Translations under genes and position numbers: made by a program
NCBI GenBank assembly: GCA_037969075.1
Contig: JBBKWS010000027.1
Location: forward strand, 1 to 17,774
From: Bdellovibrionales bacterium
Lineage (GTDB): Bacteria; Bdellovibrionota; Bdellovibrionia; Bdellovibrionales; UBA840
Direction of reading: 5' to 3'
DNA: 17,774 bases
Notes under the pieces: model-generated
What the model was told of the DNA's origin: nothing
The model's input: the letters and a program-made list of their open reading frames with translations, nothing else
The model's database searches: none
Shown here: positions 15,834 to 17,774 of the stretch, in pieces
Layout of the letters: each line of letters begins with the position of its first letter
How positions within the stretch are numbered: position 1 is the first letter of the stretch

Positions 15834-15863
15834 TTGACCTTTTAGCCAAGCTGTCATTAGATC
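15834..15863 (+). promoter_or_regulatory. candidate promoter for the FAH-maiA pair
   Basis: TTGACC (15834-15839)-18 bp-TAGATC (15858-15863), followed by SD GAGAGG (15871-15876). Confidence 0.4.
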
Positions 15864-15881
15864 TCCTATAGAGAGGTTTTT

Positions 15882-16886
15882 ATGAAATTAGCTAGTTTAA
15901 GATCCATAGCATTAGACGGAGAACTTGTTGTTGTTAGCAAAGACAACACAAAAGCGGTTAAGGTTCACGATATCGCCCCCAGCATGCAACATGCTCTAGA
16001 CAACTGGGAGGGTGTTTCATCTAAATTAGAAAAAATTTATGAAGATCTAAACGCAGGCAAACATCAGGATTCTTTTACTGTAGACCATAGTATTTTACAT
16101 TCACCTCTCCCGCGTAGTTTCGCATGGATTGATGGATCTGCATTTATCCAGCACGTTAAACTTGTTCGAAAGGCTCGTGGCGCTGATTTACCACCAGATC
16201 TATTGCGTGTACCACTTATGTATCAAGGTGGCAGTGATCGATTTTTACCTCCTACTGCAGATATTCCGCAAATTGATTTTTCACACGGAACTGATTTTGA
16301 AGGCGAAGTCGCTGTAATCACTAATTTCGTACCAATGGGATCAACTCCTGAAGAGGCTGAAAAGAAAATTTTATTTTTTATTTTGGTTAATGATGTTTCT
16401 TTACGGGGAATTATTCCTGATGAAATTAAAAATGGATTTGGCTTTTTACAAGGGAAGCCGCCTACTGCTTTTTCTCCTCTTGCAATCACCCCTGAAGAGT
16501 TGGGTGACAACTGGAGAAATGGCCGCGTGCACTTGCCATTAACAGTAGACTACAACGGAAGTTTTTTTGGAAAAGCAAATGCCGGTGAAATGCATTTTAG
16601 TTTTGGTGAATTACTTGCTCACGCGGCTCGCACTAGAGACCTACACCCAGGAACCATTGTCGGAAGCGGAACTGTGTCCAATGAAGACATTCGAGTTGGA
16701 AGCTCGTGTTTAGCTGAAAAACGAATGCTCGAAATCATTGCCAACGGTAAGCCCACTACTGAGTTTATGAAGGTGGGCGATACGATAGAAATAAAAATGC
16801 TAAATGAAAAAAATGAAAATCTATTTGGCACTATTAAACAAAAAGTTGTTCAATCAAAAGCCAACAACCTACCTTTTGTGAGATAG
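15882..16886 (+). CDS. fumarylacetoacetate hydrolase family protein (probable fumarylacetoacetase)
   Basis: MKLASL...DGELVVVSKD, SPLPRSFAWIDGSAF, PLMYQGGSD, DFEGEVAVI, LVNDVSLRG, GFLQGKP, GTIVGSGTVSN; adjacent to maiA. Confidence 0.92.
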   Translation: MKLASLRSIALDGELVVVSKDNTKAVKVHDIAPSMQHALDNWEGVSSKLEKIYEDLNAGKHQDSFTVDHSILHSPLPRSFAWIDGSAFIQHVKLVRKARGADLPPDLLRVPLMYQGGSDRFLPPTADIPQIDFSHGTDFEGEVAVITNFVPMGSTPEEAEKKILFFILVNDVSLRGIIPDEIKNGFGFLQGKPPTAFSPLAITPEELGDNWRNGRVHLPLTVDYNGSFFGKANAGEMHFSFGELLAHAARTRDLHPGTIVGSGTVSNEDIRVGSSCLAEKRMLEIIANGKPTTEFMKVGDTIEIKMLNEKNENLFGTIKQKVVQSKANNLPFVR

Positions 16887-16887
16887 C

Positions 16888-17526
16888 GTGGAGTTATATA
16901 ATTACTTTAGATCAAGCGCTTCGTACCGTGTTCGAATTGCACTTCATATAAAAAAGCTTACCTATGATTATAAAGCCATCCACTTGATCAATAATGGTGG
17001 TGAGCAAAACTCTGCGGACTATGTAAAAATAAATCCCATGAAGCAGGTGCCCGCACTGGTTGATAATGGATTTTCGGTAACACAGTCGTTGGTTATTATG
17101 GAATATCTGGACGAAAAGTATCCAGAAATAAAACTTTTTCCTTATGATTTAGAGGGAAAAACAAGGGTACGAGAGTTTTGTGAAATCATTAATTCTGGCA
17201 TACAGCCCTTACAAAACTTAAAAACTACCCAAATGTTAGATTCTATTTTTAAAGCGTCACCTAGCCAAAAAGATGAATGGATGCAAACTTGTTTAAGTCA
17301 TGGTTTTGATGCTCTTGAATCTTTTATGCAAATACATTCAAAAGCATACACCTTTGGTAATTCTATAACTGCAGCTGATTGTTTTTTAGTTCCACAGGTT
17401 TTTGCCGCTAATAGATTTAACTTTAAAACTGAAAATTATCCAAACGTAACTCGAGTTTACAACAGCCTCTTACAAATCAACGAGGTTCAAATGGCCCATC
17501 CAGAGAAGCAGCCCGATTTTAAGTAG
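16888..17526 (+). CDS. maiA: maleylacetoacetate isomerase (GST zeta class)
   Basis: LYNYFRSSASYRVRIAL, INPMKQVPAL, QSLVIMEYLDE, SGIQPLQNL, ADCFLVPQV, AHPEKQPD. GTG start 1 bp after the FAH stop. Confidence 0.96.
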   Translation: MELYNYFRSSASYRVRIALHIKKLTYDYKAIHLINNGGEQNSADYVKINPMKQVPALVDNGFSVTQSLVIMEYLDEKYPEIKLFPYDLEGKTRVREFCEIINSGIQPLQNLKTTQMLDSIFKASPSQKDEWMQTCLSHGFDALESFMQIHSKAYTFGNSITAADCFLVPQVFAANRFNFKTENYPNVTRVYNSLLQINEVQMAHPEKQPDFK

Positions 17527-17528
17527 GG

Positions 17529-17774
17529 CTAGCGCACTCTGTAAAACTTCATAACTGATTGATTAGTACCAAAACCTAAATCTTCCGAAACAAATATTTT
17601 ATTCGCAAAGTTATGTAATCTTAAGCGACAACTCATTCTTTCAGACTCAAATATTACTTTGTTATCCTCTGGCTTAAAAACCGAAAACCAATCATTAGGG
17701 CAATCAGTGCTTAAAGCTAGGGACTCACCGCTGATATAATCATAAACTAGGTGACGGATAGGCTGCCTTTGCTC
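17529..17774 (-). CDS. 3' end of an unidentified protein (starts beyond the window)
   Basis: Manual translation gives 81 open codons, EQRQPIRHLVYDYISGESLALSTDCPNDWFSVFKPEDNKVIFESERMSCRLRLHNFANKIFVSEDLGFGTNQSVMKFYRVR, ending in TAG at 17529-17531, 2 bp from the convergent maiA stop. No motif recognised. Confidence 0.6.
   Translation of the reverse strand, partial: EQRQPIRHLVYDYISGESLALSTDCPNDWFSVFKPEDNKVIFESERMSCRLRLHNFANKIFVSEDLGFGTNQSVMKFYRVR

Noticed and set aside
11056..16831. Other short overlapping ORFs (11056-11451, 11527-11727, 11901-12224, 13369-13563, 14111-14470, 14827-15009, 15461-15781, 16129-16317, 16223-16510, 16619-16831)
   Set aside because: All lie essentially within better-supported CDSs and have no recognisable features.

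Overview
AT-rich bacterial chromosomal window of mostly core genes. I found no RNA genes, CRISPR arrays or mobile elements. Gene content (mdh-sucCD-ndk, Tgl/PilF-like pilotin next to rodZ, DUF2203, Flp/TadE-like prepilin) suggests a Bdellovibrionota/deltaproteobacteria-like organism; this is inference only. Left to right: a minus-strand Mla/MCE ABC operon (two MlaF-type ATPases, two MlaE-type permeases, 5' end of an MlaD-like gene); divergent mdh-sucC-sucD; a terminator; ndk; an RlmD/TrmA-family methyltransferase; a TPR pilotin-like lipoprotein; RodZ with a 24-bp tandem repeat; an exported degenerate PHP-fold protein; a DEDDh exonuclease; convergent nadE and a DUF2203 gene; a prepilin-like gene divergent from a TPR gene; an FAH-family gene with maiA; and the 3' end of an unknown gene. 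The strongest observation is that the two MlaF paralogues carry complementary motif substitutions (Walker B DE->DD and H-switch H->N in one, signature SGG->SYG in the other). In a heterodimer all three fall in one composite ATP site, predicting a heteromeric MCE transporter with one consensus and one degenerate site. Also notable: a prepilin-like protein whose C-terminal helix resembles its own N-terminal pilin helix, a clamp-binding-like motif at the exonuclease C-terminus, and recurring candidate leaderless or -7T-lacking promoters.
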